Below are positions 26,461-41,710 of a stretch of 64,000 nucleotides of DNA, piece by piece. Location: contig NC_043014.1 in assembly GCF_006345805.1 (NCBI RefSeq), forward strand, positions 52,142,001-52,206,000, given 5' to 3'. A program made the position numbers and the translations under genes. This DNA comes from Octopus sinensis (taxonomy: Eukaryota). The notes beneath the pieces are model-generated. The model worked only from the letters and a program-made list of their open reading frames with translations, did no database searches and was not told the DNA's origin. How positions within the stretch are numbered: position 1 is the stretch's first letter; every line of letters begins with the position of its first letter.

Positions 26461-27476
26461 TGATAGATTTATATGCCTAGGGAACACGGGAGGAAGAAGC
26501 CTCATATGACGTAAGATCTCTGTTGCCAACGAAAACAGTCTGGAATGGCACCTAAGTCAGCAAAATTGTTTTTATATGGTGGTGAGCTGGCAGAGTCTCT
26601 ACCAACGTCAGACAAAATGCTTAGAGGTATTCATTCCAACTAATTACGTTCTGAGTTCAAACTCCACCAAGATCGATTTTGGTGTGTCGTTCTTTACGTT
26701 TCGAGAAAAGAAGCATCAATCAAACAAGCTCTGAGGTTGATGTTATCGACTAACCCATCCCCACGAAATTTCAGGCCTTCTGCTTATGCAGGTGGGGGTC
26801 CAGTTAGAATTATTTTCTTCAGGTCAAGAAGCCCTCCCCGCTCAAATGGCCCTGGAATTAAGGTTGTTTACGGATGTTGAATGAAATAACCCTGTTTCCC
26901 GTATTGAAGTATTCAAACTCCAAAGAATTCCTATGAACATACGGCTATAATGCTCCCCCATTAATTCTGTTCATGATCAGAGATGCACATGGATCATTCT
27001 TGCCACACTGTCATGGCGTCTTATGTATTGGCGGTGTGACAATTTCGGACATTGGCTAAGGATGTGCCATTCGGTCATTGGCTAAAGATTTGCTCCTCTC
27101 ACCATACATTCTACATTTGTCGCATTATTATTATTATTATAGATATTGCGCGCTACTCCTTCCCTGCAATCTTTGATTACGCGTTCGTTTTCGACTTGGA
27201 TTTCATTTTTTATTTCATAAAAATTATTTCCTATGCGTTCAACATCTAAGATTTCTATCTTTTGTATTCTGCCCATTTTCGGAAAGTTGCGGGATTTTTC
27301 TGTAATGCAAGGCACAGCCATTCTTCCTCGTATCTTATATAATATCAAATATTATCATAAATCATATTTGCTTTTTTCTTTTCTCTTATTGAAACCGCTT
27401 ACAGTTTGATCATTTAAAAATCATCTCAAGTAATCTATAATTATGATATAAGAACGTGCTATTCTTTTTTCTTCAG

Positions 27477-27674
27477 AAGGCGGAAGTATCTTCTGGAAGA
27501 GGGGCAAAATCATCCTGTCGTATGGCAAAGAAATTTTCCAAGATGCCGACCGCATTTCAATAGTGGATGATTTGACTATTCAAATTGAAAATGTCACATT
27601 GGAGGATGAAGCCGTCTACGAATGCCAAGTGCCTATAACCAGCATGCAATATTTTATTGACGTTACTGTCACAA
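27477..27674 (+). CDS. IgSF adhesion gene, visible exon 2 (Ig1 C-half)
   Basis: Acceptor ttttcttcag, donor gtaagt; 198 nt, phase 1-1; KGGSIFWKRGKIILSYGKEIFQDADRISIVDDLTIQIENVTLEDEAVYECQVPITSMQYFIDVTVT has the C-strand Trp and D-x-A-x-Y-x-C motif. Confidence 0.93.
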
Positions 27675-28299
27675 GTAAGTGAAACACATTTTTATTAATA
27701 TTATCTTTCATATATTGAGTCAAAACTATTGAAAAGGTTGCAAGACGCAACGAATATTTTAGAACAATAAAAAATAAGAAAAACGTGGAAATTTTACCGG
27801 TGTGTTATACAGTAAGGCACAAAAAGAACATGACTCTCCCCAGACACAAAAAGTATGGATAGTTTTTCTAAATTTTGTTATACTGTGACAAAGGCTCTGA
27901 TAGTAAAATACAAAACAATGAAGCACTAAAATTTGCATATAAATTCATGCATATGTTCATATATGCATACACAAAGACATATAGTTGTTTAAAAAAAAGT
28001 TAAGGTGTTTACAAATATGAAATGCATATAGTATTGCGTTACATAAACTGAACCAGAATCAGGTTTGGGATTAGTGTAATCTTTTTTTAATGGCTACAGA
28101 GTATTTGTTTAATGTATATCTTTTTGAGATGAAATATCTTGCAGTTACAAAATCATTCGGATAACAATAACTATATGCCTGATAGTTTTCTTTCATGAAG
28201 AATTCCTTTAATACCTTGTTGTTCGAAATATTATTGGAACTACAGAAATTGAAGAAAAAACATTTTAGCAATGTTGCTCGTTATAAACATGAAACATTT

Positions 28300-28860
28300 G
28301 GCGAGCAGGTATCAATGTAGACAATTATATGTTGATGCATGGGTCGCTAGAAATAGAGAATTCCGAGGGAGAATTTACGGCTGAGGAATTTCAACTACAA
28401 GCTCCTTTATAGGATCCAGTTAGCTCAAGCCATCATCAGGAGGAACCACGTCCGGTTTCGGCCCCTACTCCTCTACCGTTTTGACGTGACGGGGCCTCGC
28501 TTTCGGAGGTGTCTTCAGCTCTGGTGTTGGGTGCAAGTCTTCTTTCTCGTTTCTTCTGTTCCCTGGCCTCTTCAATGTAGCGTCAACGAGTGTCAGCGGG
28601 CGACTGACCGTCTTGTCAATTTTCCCATTAAATACCTGCTGCTAGTCTCTAGTAAGAATGGATACCTCTGGTAAAATGTTCCTCCATACTATACGTTTGA
28701 ATAGGATGGGTTGGGGTGGTTATATCTGTAATATATACAGGTCATATTATTGTTCGATCGGAGACCACATCGCAACTGGACAGCAGTAATTTAATACCAA
28801 AGAGTAAATTGCCGTGCAACCTCTTCATTAACAATAAAGAGCGACCATATCTCCGTAATG
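28300..28860 (-). mobile_element. Possible Penelope-like 3' relic with hammerhead-like motif
   Basis: Minus strand CTGATGA-tggct...agtt-GAAA at about 28389-28439, then the ctatttctagc motif; GC-richer than its flanks. Confidence 0.35.
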
Positions 28861-28864
28861 TCGG

Positions 28865-29245
28865 CTTCAAATTTTGAACAAGATCAGCAAATTCGGGCGA
28901 GGACTTAAGTCGATTTCACCAACCTCAGTTCTAAACTGGCACTTATTTTATTGACGCCGAAAGGATGAAAATTAAAGATACCCTCAGCGGAATTTGAACT
29001 CAGAACGTAGCAAAATGTCTAATTCTTTACTACCCACAAGGGGCTAAATACAGAGGGAACAAACAAGTACAGACAAACGGATTAAGTCGATTACATCGAT
29101 ACCAGTGCGTCTGTAGCACCAATTTTATTGACGCCGAAAGGATGAAAATTAAAGACAGCCTCAGCGGAATTTGAACTCAGAACGTAACAAAATGTCGCTA
29201 AGCATATTTGTCGGCGTGTTAACGATTCTGCCTCCTTGGCGCCTG
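28865..29245 (-). mobile_element. SINE family B dimer (diverged)
   Basis: Two cores sharing private variants (gacgccgaaaggatgaaaattaaaga). Confidence 0.85.
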
Positions 29246-29729
29246 CCTCTATTTCCATAACTTTAAACGTGAAATTACTTTATTGTTATTGAATATCAGC
29301 TATCATTTCTAAATCTGTGTTGTTTCGGATTTATTTATTGTGGTATCAGTTTTAGAATCTTTCAATTACTTCTGTAATTCGGATTATTTTTCAGGTAAAT
29401 AATAATGACTATCTTCAACTTTGATAAAAAAAAAAACAACACTTCAAAGAATAACCGTTAGTAGGTATAGATTGGGAGTTGTTAAGTATGCAGGGAACAC
29501 CTGATTACAATTGGCAAAATTGGAATGAAGTGGCAATCTTATTAGAAGTTTTATGTTATTTAATATTATATATCTGCATTAAAAAAAGAAATGTTATATG
29601 TAAATATCATTACGAATACAAATAACATTAAAAATGTTTTCATTACCTGTGAAAATATACAGATGTCCACTATAATAGAAAAACATTTAAATGCTGTGCG
29701 AATATATATATGACTATACACACATACAC

Positions 29730-29770
<41 letters not shown>

Positions 29771-30057
29771 TACGCATATCATGTTCAATACACCTTATTA
29801 AAGATTGCTACGAAACTGAGAATGTTTTACAGGCTTTCGCTCGAAAAAACCAAAATTGTATATAATCCCGCAGAATGATTAAATTACATTTGAGTAGTAT
29901 TTATATTATCAGTGAACATCTGTTCATTATCAAAGGTAATGGAATAAATTTCACTGTATGCATGTTATCCCATATGTATGCGTGTGCTTCTGTATATATA
30001 TTATATATATTCTTGTGTGCAAGTATATATATATATATCATCATCATTTTGCATCCG

Positions 30058-30090
<33 letters not shown>

Positions 30091-30468
30091 TCATTTTGCA
30101 TCCGCTTATATATATATATATATATTATATATATTATATATATATATATTATATATATTATATATATAATTATATATATATATGAATATATATATATGAA
30201 TATGTACATATATAAGGATATGTATATATATATATGTGTGTGTGTGTATAAACATCCACATATATGCGTATATTACATATATCAATATAATCCTACATAT
30301 GCATCTCTCTCTCTCTCGCATTATATCTCTGGCTATGTGCACACACATACATATATACACACATGTGTGATTCTGTATATTACGTCGATCATTTTTGTTT
30401 TGTTTTCCTTCTTATGTATAAATATACTTTTCAAACTAAAGCCGATGTGTCATTTATTTTTATTGCAG

Positions 30469-30590
30469 TTCCGCCGAGCGTTGAGATCCTTCGAAACACC
30501 GGCGAGCGTATTGTCATGCTGTCTGACCCCCTGTCTATTGACTGTGTTGGCACTGGAAAACCAGATCCCGATATTACTTGGACAAAGAAC
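30469..30590 (+). CDS. IgSF adhesion gene, visible exon 3 (Ig2 N-half)
   Basis: Acceptor tttattgcag, donor gtaagt; 122 nt, phase 1-0; IPPSVEILRNTGERIVMLSDPLSIDCVGTGKPDPDITWTKN has the I-set C-x3-G-x-P-x-P-x-I-x-W motif. Confidence 0.93.
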
Positions 30591-30640
30591 GTAAGTATAT
30601 ATATATTAAATTCCAATGATATTCTTTATTTTTTATATAA

Positions 30641-30855
30641 GGTGGCGAGCTGGCAGAAATGCGTAGTCGAACTTCGTCTGCGGCTACGTTCTGAGTTCAA
30701 ATTCCGCCGAGGTTGACTTTGCCTTTCATCATTTCGGGGTCGATAAATTAAGTACCAGTTATGCACTGGGGTCGATGTATTCGACTTAATCAGTTTGTCT
30801 TTCCTTGTTTGTCCTCTCTATGTTTAGCCCCTCGTGGGTAGTAAAGAAATAGGTA
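30641..30855 (+). mobile_element. SINE family B
   Basis: Family core with an internal deletion, 50 nt downstream of the exon 3 donor. Confidence 0.88.
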
Positions 30856-30899
30856 TTCTGTATTTTTAAATCTCTATCCTAAATGACTGAACCACAAAC

Positions 30900-31200
30900 A
30901 AGTATTTGTCAAACGCTTCTACATTGGTTTGAAATGACTCGTTGCTTTTTTGTGTCGTCGCAGAACAGTTCTGACGAAGCTGTCAAATGCCAATAATGCC
31001 AACGCGAGAACCATTCGTCAGTACTCTTGGAGCAGTGGCAGGTGGTGTGTGTGGCTATGTAAATTTCACTGTTTTCGCTGGGTACGGGTATTACTGTGTG
31101 CTGTAGTTTTCAAGTGTTGCTTCAATGGCAGTTGGAAAGACGGACTTACTGGAAGTATGGTATTTTTTGGTGCCAATCTGTCGATGAATTTTGCTGTAAA
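30900..31200 (-). mobile_element. Possible hAT transposase C-terminal relic
   Basis: Minus strand YP...PPATAP...GII resembles the hAT dimerisation motif PAxSxxxERxFS; interrupted by stops. Confidence 0.3.
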
Positions 31201-32499
31201 TTCTTTCAATGTGTTTTATTTTATTATGGAATGAGTTTAGTTGGAGATGGTTTCAATATGAGTCATGTTTTTTTTTCGAGTTGACTCTTGATTTAGCGAC
31301 GTCGTCTGTACGGATACTTCAGTTTGTTAAAATATCAAATTATGCCGCACAATTTTCCAAGTTGTCTTCCAGTTTTGGTCTTTATTTATAGCTTTTATCG
31401 ATTGAATTGAATATCTACCCAACATTTAAAATTTAGAATTTCGTTTGACTTTTAAAAATTCCAGTCAAATAGTCAAGATACTAAAACAAAAAAAAATATT
31501 TTCTGAAATTTCCTAAAATAAAATATTAATGAAAGGAAAAAATATATGCTAGCTGTAGATTTGCTTAAATATTAAAGTAACTTCAGTCTACACACTCTTC
31601 TTTGAGGCTCATTGTCGGGAATATATATTTTTTTAATATCAAGAAACACTGCAAGGAACAAAAATTGCATCGAGGAAATGTCACTGAAAATAATCTATTT
31701 AAATCTATTTTATCCAGTCTGTAGAAAGTTGAAGACTACAGTAATTTTATGGTTGTCTTTTTGTGGGTTCAAAACGAGAGAATTACATTCATTGACAAAG
31801 CTGAAACGGAAAACATTCACGAATTGAAAATCGTTGGCAGTGATTTTATGGTCGAAAACGAATCAGTTGTTTTGGTTTTGAAAAAAAAAAATGGCAATTG
31901 CTAAACCATCTCTAATTATTGTTCATCAAGAATGTTTTTGTATTGTTAAAATAACGTATTTTCTATAACCAGTAATGACCGTTTGGTAAACTTTGGATAA
32001 TGAACTGTTAGAAGAAATGTCACACAAACCGTTTATTGTAGTCATTCATGAAGTGAGTGATTCTCAGGTATAACGGAATTTGGTTTCTGTTAGTGCGAGA
32101 ATCCCTGCTGATGAACATTACAGCTAAATAAATAAATAAATAATAAAAAGCCAATTTGGAAAGCAAATTCAATGTACTTAGTGCTTGACTCGTAGGTTAC
32201 AACCAAAGTGACGTTTTTATAATTTCGTGTCCACCAACAGTTTCTCGAAATCTTCGAAGGTCTGAAGGGTAATGTCTTCTGCCTGGTCAATGTTAGTCGC
32301 TTCATTCATTCATCTCGACCAGAATTTGAAGCAACGCCAATTAGAATAATTTGGCAAAAACTTGTGACGATGCACAGCGCACAACTTTCTATTCGTTGTA
32401 GGATATTTTCGTTTCCGGTGAAAAGGCTTAGGACACTAGATGTGTTTTCCCCAGTTTCTCATAGAACAAATACAACGTTAGGCAATTTTAAAAAATTAT

Positions 32500-32730
32500 T
32501 TTTTACTTACTACCCACAAGGGGCTAAACACAGAGAGGACAATCAAGGACAAACAAACGGATTAAGTCTATTACATCGACCCCAGTGCATAATTGATACT
32601 TAATTTATCGACCCCGAAAAGATGAAAGGCAAAGTCGACCTCGGCGGAATTTGAACCTAGAACGTACCGGCGGGCGAAATACGGCTACGCATTTCGCCCG
32701 CCGTGCTAACGTTTCTGCCAGCTCGCCGCC
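32500..32730 (-). mobile_element. SINE family B
   Basis: Family core; flanking aacgtta(g/t)gcaat duplication. Confidence 0.9.
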
Positions 32731-33239
32731 TTAACGTTATGCAATATTGTCGCTCGGTATACGCAGTCGAGACAGTATTCAAATTGAAATATTCGCCGCA
32801 GCATCATACTTAATATATACGCAGTATCAATAGGTCAATTACTGCGATAAATTTGTATTATGCTTCACGAATGGCTGTTATTGTTATTGTTTTCTTTATC
32901 TGTGAAATTGTTTCCACGTAGTTATGTGACATCGTCATGTGATCATCATTTGCTGGACTGCGAGTTACAAATATAACGGGATAGTTTCATGTAATTACTA
33001 GTGATGATTCGGTGCTTTTTCTCCGTGTGTGGAATGCCCGAGTTATTAAATGCCAGAGTGTGTTGTATTTAACGCTCCTTTGTGATTTCTCAGCTAAGAA
33101 ATAAGAGTCTTGGTAGGTGCAGCATAACCTCTGTGTATAGAGGAATATATATTATTCAAAGAATTCCAAATCTGTCTGTTTTTTATGTTTTATTTATATT
33201 CTTTATAACATTAATGTAGAATATAGAATATATAGTATA

Positions 33240-33270
<31 letters not shown>

Positions 33271-33754
33271 GTAAAAGGAAATGAAGTATTGATTGTCTTA
33301 TTGAATAGATGAAATATTAAGAGACTAGTATACTTTCTTGCATTAAAGCAGTCTTCAAGATCCCAGGTTGTGACAGGAGTGTGTGTTTGTGAGAGAGAAA
33401 GAGAGAGAGAGAGTATGTGTGTGTAAGAGAGAAAGAGAGAGAGTGCGTGTGTGTGTGTGTTACAATAAAACATTTCTGTTGTCTACATTGCAAGTAACTT
33501 GTACATTGTTCTGAATCTGTTCACTTTCCGTATATATTCATATACAGGCTTATGCAATCACTCCTCTATATTCGCATGCTTATGTTATGTAATATATCTA
33601 CCCCTTAAAGTATATCTGGACATACGTGAATACATGTAAACACACACACACACACACATGTATAAATGAATTCTTGCACACATTCAGACTTATCTTTGGA
33701 AATAGATGGATATATATATATATGTAGATACCGTTTTTTCAGGCGATAAGGAAT

Positions 33755-33922
33755 CTATCTATCTATATATATATATGTAGATATATAGATAGACAGACAG
33801 ATAGATAGACAGATAGATAGATAGACAGATAGATAGATAGATAGATACAGACAGACAGACAGACAGACAGATAGATAGACAGACACATAGATAGATAGAT
33901 AGATAGATAGACAGACAGACAC

Positions 33923-33953
<31 letters not shown>

Positions 33954-34122
33954 AACACATAGATAAATAGACAGACAGACACAGATATATAGTTAGATAT
34001 ACAGACAGACACAGATATATAGTTAGATAGACAGACACATAGATATATAGTTAGATAGACAGACAGACACAGATATATAGTTAGACAGACAGACAGACAG
34101 ACAGATAGATAGATAGATAGAT
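33755..34122. repeat. (GATA)n/(GACA)n compound repeat
   Basis: Seen directly. Confidence 0.92.
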
Positions 34123-34759
34123 TCAGGGATCTTTTAAGTATGCTTGTGCCGCTTTATGTCTGCTCGTACGATCGTAATGCTGTGCCTCCCTCCATCATTT
34201 GTTTATAAACGAATAAGGAATTATATAATGAGGTTAGCCATTAGCGATGTTATGGAAGCTGTGTCTACGTCGCAGCTGCAATGTTTAGATTCATGGCTAT
34301 GAGAAACGGAGCTAATATATATACTAACCATTTACCATAGTCTACTCTTACAACAACAACATTTCTCCTGAAGCCTATAATACTTTAGTTGTTTCCTCCA
34401 CCAGATGGCATTATATATCTTTCTTACTATTGATTTTTCCATCAACCAACACATCCCTTGTACAGTAATATGATTAGCTTTTTTTTACTGTTTATCATAG
34501 TAGTTGTCCATTTATGTTAATAATTCTAATTTTATATAGTAATAAGTTATATTTTACATTTATGACACTCTAGGCGTGATGTATTTTAACTTAATTTTCT
34601 CATTAGTCAGTCTAAAATGTAATTCTTAAAAAAAAAACATAAAAATTCCCTTACTTTAAGACATGAGACACGAAATATTTTCATATTAATCTTTGCTACT
34701 TTAATCGTATTTCCATGGAGAAAATTAAAGAATGAAATGGTATTTTTGTTTGAATGAAA

Positions 34760-34993
34760 TCTGTTTCTTTACTACCCACAAGGGGCTAAACACAGAGGGG
34801 ACAAACAAGGACAGACATAGGTATTAAGTCGATTACATCGACCCCAGTGTATAACTGGTACTTAATTTATCGACCCCGAAAAGATGAAAGGCAAAGCCGA
34901 CCTCGGCGGAATTTGAACTTAGAACGTAACGGCAGACGATATACAGCTATGTATTTCGCCCGGCGTGCTAAAGATTCTGCCAGATTGCCGCCC
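34760..34993 (-). mobile_element. SINE family B
   Basis: Family core; flanking tttgaatgaaatc duplication. Confidence 0.9.
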
Positions 34994-36474
34994 TTTTTTT
35001 TTTTTTTGAATGAAATCATGCTTGACATAGATATCATTGTCACAAAGATATTACAATATTTTTTCCAGAGCATGATGAGATCAACTGTCTGCGTGTTATC
35101 GATATTTTGTTAAAATCTGAAGTATCATTTGGATTATTTATTTCGAAGTAGATCATGCCTCCAAAATCTAATTTCATATATTACTAAGTCTCTTTTGAGA
35201 ATGGCTCTGCTTGATCTGCTCTCTATACAGAAGAATTTAATAAGTTTCATGGTTTTTCGCTGAAATTTGGATTTGCCAACGATGATTTTAAGAATAAGGT
35301 AGTGTTGTTAGCCCGGATTGTTTGTCATAAAGTAACGTGTCCAACGCGACCATCCTCCTTTTCTCCAGACATAACCCTAAAGCTGCTTTACCTTATCATC
35401 ATTCGATTTCTAATGTCATTTAAGGGGGTTTTAAGGCTGCTTTGTCAATCATATCTAGCAAATTCAGAAAATATGGTGAGCGCTAAATGGTTTGATTAAG
35501 AACAGTATTTGTATTTCGATTGTTGCGGTGAACTCTCTTTGGATTACTTAGTTCGTTTCAATATACTTTTTTATGGTTTCCCCTGAGAGTTCAAAACATA
35601 AATATCTACATTGTTGCAAACAACATATAAATGCATCTAAAACAGAATTAAAAAATATAAAATAAAACACATATTTCTGTTTACACAAAAGCATTCTTTC
35701 AAAGAGCAAATTCTTTCAAATAGTACAACTGAAAAAATTACATAATGTACTTCCAAAACACATGTAACGATAACACGGTGAAGGCTAGAAAATGTTTCAT
35801 CGAACTTCAATTGGGCCCAGCGTGGGCTTAGATAAGACAACAAAGAACAGATTTACCCCGTATTATATCTTCATAATGATACTCGTTAGCAAAACAACAA
35901 TCTACACTCGTGCTACTGTTGCCGTTGTTCTTGTTGTTGCCATTGTTGCATAACTCCAGCTTAGAACAGCAGTCATTTGTAGTAAATATTTCCAATTATC
36001 AACAGTTTTCTTCCATTTTTTGAGATGATACACCAACAACTATTGCAGTAAGATTCTCGTTTAAGACACAAGCAGGCTTCTATAGATAGTATATCAGTCA
36101 TTATTAGTTTCACAGCATACGTATGCACACAACACATTCACATATTTATTGTATTGAATCTAAGCCACAGCGCCATTATTTCCTTCACTAGTCTTATAGT
36201 CATTCTGATAAAATTGAATTCATATATTGTGTCCTATAAATTCGCACAGAATATACATGTCTGTAACTATATATATATATATATTCCACGGGAACTTAGT
36301 TCAATTTCAAAAGTCCACCAGAATGGACGAAAGCGCTAATATATATGATATATATGTTATATGATGTATAAAAACATGTAATATACAAATAAATATCTGT
36401 AAACATAAAACCATCCGAATTTCTGAGTACCTCATTTTTTCTAATATAAAATACCTGTACATCATCTCCAAACC

Positions 36475-36506
<32 letters not shown>

Positions 36507-36888
36507 ATTGAATAAGGGTAGCATACTGACCGCCCACTTTTAGTGGTCAGTCCTTTGAATTTTGTGTATATATATATATATATATGTTCAGCAAAATTTA
36601 GATTCAGATGAATATGGTACTTAAGTTAAAGGCATCAGAATTTTGTATGGCATTATCCATATAAATCAAATGGTGTGATTATAATCAGAATAAGCAACAA
36701 GGATATCCAAGGCAGAGTAGTACAATTGTTTCATGCTACTTTATTTTATTAAACACTGCAAGTATTACATCAGTTTTGAAATGTCGAACAATCTTCAGCC
36801 ACATAGGGAATTTTCCAATTAAACGGACAATGCACATTTTATCCCTATTTGTATTGCTCTACCGTGGATATCCTTCTTGCTTATTCTT

Positions 36889-36929
<41 letters not shown>

Positions 36930-37605
36930 GTACACACCACACACTAAGTTATATCACTGGAATGATTCCCACAAAATTCTTCCTCTGAAGTACGTAAGAG
37001 AGTGCAAACGTCAGAACTACTGAACAAATTTATTAAAAGAGCTATGATTTCATATTTGGTCGTGAACGTAGCATAATTAAATACTGTGGAACTTCATAGA
37101 TTTTTTCTAGCTACCGACTGGTTATCAAAATTAAGTTGTAACAAAACATAAAAAAAATCGTATAGCAAATCATTGAATCATTACAGAACATCTAATAAAC
37201 GAACATAAAAAAAGTATATACTGTAGAAAAGTAGGAAGCGCGTAACAGATACTTTATTGCATCCCGAATGAAGATAAGTTAAAATTAATAAAAAAAATAA
37301 TTATAAATCATCTTTGCAGACAGTGGAAAACATTGTTATTTATGAATTCATTTATTTCTCTTCCATTGATTAGTAATTATATCGGAAAAAGAAAAAAAAA
37401 GTGGTGATGAGTGGACGATCCGTTGGTTGTATCTTATAAGACTAGCACTCGCTAGTTCTTCAAAATTATTTTGAAAATATATTAGACAGAGATGTTCATG
37501 TGAATCAAAGACTATTATTTCTAAACTAAGTTAGACTAGTTCGTATTATCTTACATGTATATTTATGAAGACTGTTAAGCACCAGTTCAATTCTGTGTGA
37601 GATCA

Positions 37606-37606
<1 letters not shown>

Positions 37607-37662
<56 letters not shown>

Positions 37663-37675
37663 TATATCTATAAAC

Positions 37676-37714
<39 letters not shown>

Positions 37715-37730
37715 TATATCTATAAACATG

Positions 37731-37771
<41 letters not shown>

Positions 37772-37907
37772 TATATCTATAAACATGTATATATATATAT
37801 ATATATGCACACATATATCTATAAACATGTATATATATATATATATATGTACATATATTTACACACACATATATATATATATTATTTATATAAATATTAT
37901 ATATATG

Positions 37908-37940
<33 letters not shown>

Positions 37941-37950
37941 ATGTGTGTGC
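37607..37950. repeat. (TA)n higher-order repeat with gcacacatatatctataaacatg spacer, 4 copies
   Basis: Seen directly. Confidence 0.88.
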
Positions 37951-38377
37951 CATTTATTTCTTATCTTTTACTGGTTTCAGCGAATTCTTCCTTTAATTGG
38001 AGTAGTTTCTAGAAGATTTCTAAAGTTGCTTCTGCAGACTTTATTTCGGAGTTATTGGTGTAAATTAGCGTAGATATTAAACGTTATATAAGTTCATTAA
38101 GTACATGATTTACCTTATTAAACGAAGTCCAGCAAGTTGGATTATATTTAACGTCAATGGAGGAGATTAGATGTTAATATGGATGACAATTTTTTTTTCA
38201 TTCATGTAGCTATGCAATCGTTTCATACAGAAAGACGAAATATTCATTATAAGAATCTGAGTTGTCAAAATAAGCAAAAAGACATGACTTCAAGAACAAT
38301 AACCCATTATAAGAATGAGTAAGAACTCCATACTTATGTAATCCTAACATATTTTCCACGTTTTCTTACTTCTTACG

Positions 38378-38763
38378 GGCGAAATGCTTAACTGTATTTC
38401 GTCTGTCGCTACGTTCTGAGTTCAAATTCCGCCGAGGTCGACTTTGCCTTTCATCCTTTCGGAGTCGATTAAATAAGTACCAGTTACGCACTGGGGGTCG
38501 ATGTAATCGACTTAATCCGTTTGTCTGTCCTTGTTTGTCTCTTCTTTGTTTATCCCTTTGTGGGTAGTAAAGAAATAGGTATTCCGTCTGCCGTTACGTT
38601 CTGAGTTCAAATTCCGCCGTGGTCGACTTTGCCTTTCATCCTTTCGGGGTCGATTAAATAAGTACCAGTTACGCACTGGGGTCGATGTAATCGACTTAAT
38701 CCGAGTGTCTATCCTTGTTTGTCCATTCTGTGTTTAGCCCCTTGTGGGTAGTAAAGAAATAGA
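38378..38763 (+). mobile_element. SINE family B tandem dimer
   Basis: Two cores joined at agaaataggta|ttccgtctg. Confidence 0.9.
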
Positions 38764-38890
38764 TTACTGACGAGTTCTTTTGTGAAAACTCAGATTCTTC
38801 AAATGTTGGTGACGTTGATGATGATGATGATGATGACGAAGACAAAGATGGTGGCTAACACATATTTTTATTGTTTTTTTTCTAATACAG

Positions 38891-39038
38891 GGTGGAGAGT
38901 TACCACAAAATGTTGACTTAGACGGAACTTCCCTGCTAATCAGCTCCGTCACCGATGAAGACGCCGGTCAATATGAATGTACTGCAGATAACGGTGTTGG
39001 AGTTCCTGTAAACGATTACATCCAAGTAGCTGTACACT
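38891..39038 (+). CDS. IgSF adhesion gene, visible exon 4 (Ig2 C-half)
   Basis: Acceptor ttttctaatacag, donor gtaagt; 148 nt, phase 0-1; GGELPQNVDLDGTSLLISSVTDEDAGQYECTADNGVGVPVNDYIQVAVH. DAGxYECxAxNGVG is typical of lachesin/IgLON-type Ig2. Confidence 0.94.
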
Positions 39039-40965
39039 GTAAGTGAAATAGCCATTTATCTTTTCTATTAGCCTGTACCCGATTACGTCTGTGTATGTAT
39101 ATGGCGTGTGTGTTTATGTATGTGGCGTGTGTCTGTGTGGTTTGAACGCGTTCGATCGGATATGACATTTTTATTTTATGTGAAGCTGCACTCCAACCCA
39201 AAATGTCAAACAGTCGATAGGTAGCTGGTCATATTTTGTGCAATAGTTTCCGGTTACAGTCAATGTCACTCAGTCTATTCTTTGTGATGGATACAGAAAA
39301 TTTTCTGGCTGTTGCCACTTTGATATCTTCTCTAATCATTTCCTTTTGATCTAGATTCATCTTTTTTTTAGTTGAAAACCACATGGCATATGTTTGCTTT
39401 CAGATATCGTTGTGTCTCTTCGATCAATTCCGAATGGTTACCCAAGATAACATGGTGCCATTCCTTTTGATCTTATTGTCAAATGGATATCTATAAGAAG
39501 GCTTCACTCTGTTTACTTCTCAATGTGCATGCTTCTAGTAGATAACATTTTAATGGTTGTTTTAAGATGGTTCTTTTACATTCTCAGTTGAGATTATGTA
39601 AAATAATATCGTTTTGTTTCTTCTTTTAATAAAATGTTGTCTTGTCATATATCCAGATATTTTCCGTTCTGAAATTTTTTAACCATTTATCACGGAAACG
39701 CAGGTATCTTCACAGATATTTTTCTCTTTGTATATTAAATCAATATTGAATGGTAGGAGAACTATCAGGGATTTAGAGTTCTATAAAATACTCGAATTAT
39801 TTATATCGGCTTTTATATTCTGAGTTCAAATCCTGCGAAAGTTAATTTTATCTTCAAATTATTCGCACTCCTGAATTAAACTAAAAGTTTAGAACATCAG
39901 AGGGAGTATATTTCTTTAATTGCTCCGTTTCTTAAACTTCTGACTCCAAAGCTCTCCACGAGTTTTCTTTTGTAGTAGATTTAATTTAGTTTGCTTTAAC
40001 ACTTCCAGCTGGTCACTGAGTTCAGTTTGTCCGGAATATGCTGGCCAGCTCACCGGTTAACACGTAACGTTCACTCTGTTTCTTACCACTACTCTCGGAA
40101 GTCCTGAAGTAAATCATGGGAAATTGTCCTACATCATATTTAACTGATTAAAAATACACAAGTTTCATATATTATTTTCCCTAATAAATCCAAATCAAAT
40201 TATAGCATGTTCAAAGCATTTACTACGTACGTTTCTGGGCGATTTATCCAAGGGCAGAGGATTACGCGCATGGCACGGTATCTGAAATGCCTGTATTAGT
40301 GTTAGTATGCCTAATATAATAATCAACTGCAAAACACTAAATGAATCATTCTTCAGTATGAATAAATCAACGAAACCCCTTCCACGATAACATTATATAA
40401 AGCCTTACTATGATATAAGCCCACATAAATGAATATGAGGATGGACATACTCAATAACATTTAGCATATGAAATTTAAAGTATCCACCAGGATTTTCTGC
40501 TGTATTCAACTTTATTTTTTGCCATATATATATATAAATATTTTCTGTCCATGGCCAGCGAAGCAGTTTCCAGAAATATCTACATAGTGTTCGTTGCTAA
40601 ATGCAATTCTTGATTCACTGCAATATCCACTCCTCGTTTTGAGCCTTTTCCCAAAATCTTTATCAATACAAAACTGACTCCGTTACAAAGCTCCGTCCGT
40701 ATTTTGCTACGCTCTTTCCCCGTGGTTTCTGGCTAAAAGACATCATAGTTCTTTCATTTCGAATTACATACTGAGTGATCAAAATATGCAAAATTAACAA
40801 TGATAGACATAAAGAAAACATTACTATTTCCTTTCCTTACATGCAATCTAAAGCGGGACGCACAAAATACGAAAAGGTCAAAGTAGAAGAAACATAAAAC
40901 CACACAAGGAAAAATATTATGTTCTAACCGCATACAGGTTTCAACAAAACATTTTTTCTATTAAC

Positions 40966-40998
<33 letters not shown>

Positions 40999-41676
40999 TC
41001 CCACAGAAATTCAGAGCTTTTTATTTACTCGGGGAATATGTACTATCGAAAAGTTTCTCACGCACCAAATTAAATATATTGTATTATTGTAAACATACGT
41101 AAAAAGAAGAAATAATAAAACAACAGTGTACCCTTTAAAAGAAATATTCAATTTTTAATATGCAAAGACACCCACACACAAACGCACGTATTTATATATT
41201 TATGCATGTTAGTATATGTTTATATATAAATTCAGGTATACGTGTATGCACATACATACATATATGTATACAAACATAGTTATGTCTAGGTATATATGCA
41301 TATGCACAAATATATATATATGATTGATTGATTTTAGTTTCAGCTCATGAGCTGTGGCCATGCTGGGGCACCGCCATTAAATATATATATATTCATATAT
41401 ATATAAAATATGATCAGAAATGACACAAAATAAGAGAGTATGAATACAAATGTTCCGTAATATTTGCACGAATATATCTATACTAAATGATTCCCTGATT
41501 ATATATATATATATATACATACATATATAAATATATACATACATACACACACACACACATACATATATAAATATATACATACATACACACACCACACATA
41601 CATATATAAATATATACATACATACACACACACACTACATATATAAATATATACATACATACACACACACACACAC

Positions 41677-41710
<34 letters not shown>

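Noticed and set aside
36765-37015. Further hammerhead-like strings (minus CTGAAGA near 36795; plus ctgaagt...aaacgtc near 36985)
   Set aside because: GAAA or core positions are altered and stems do not pair convincingly.
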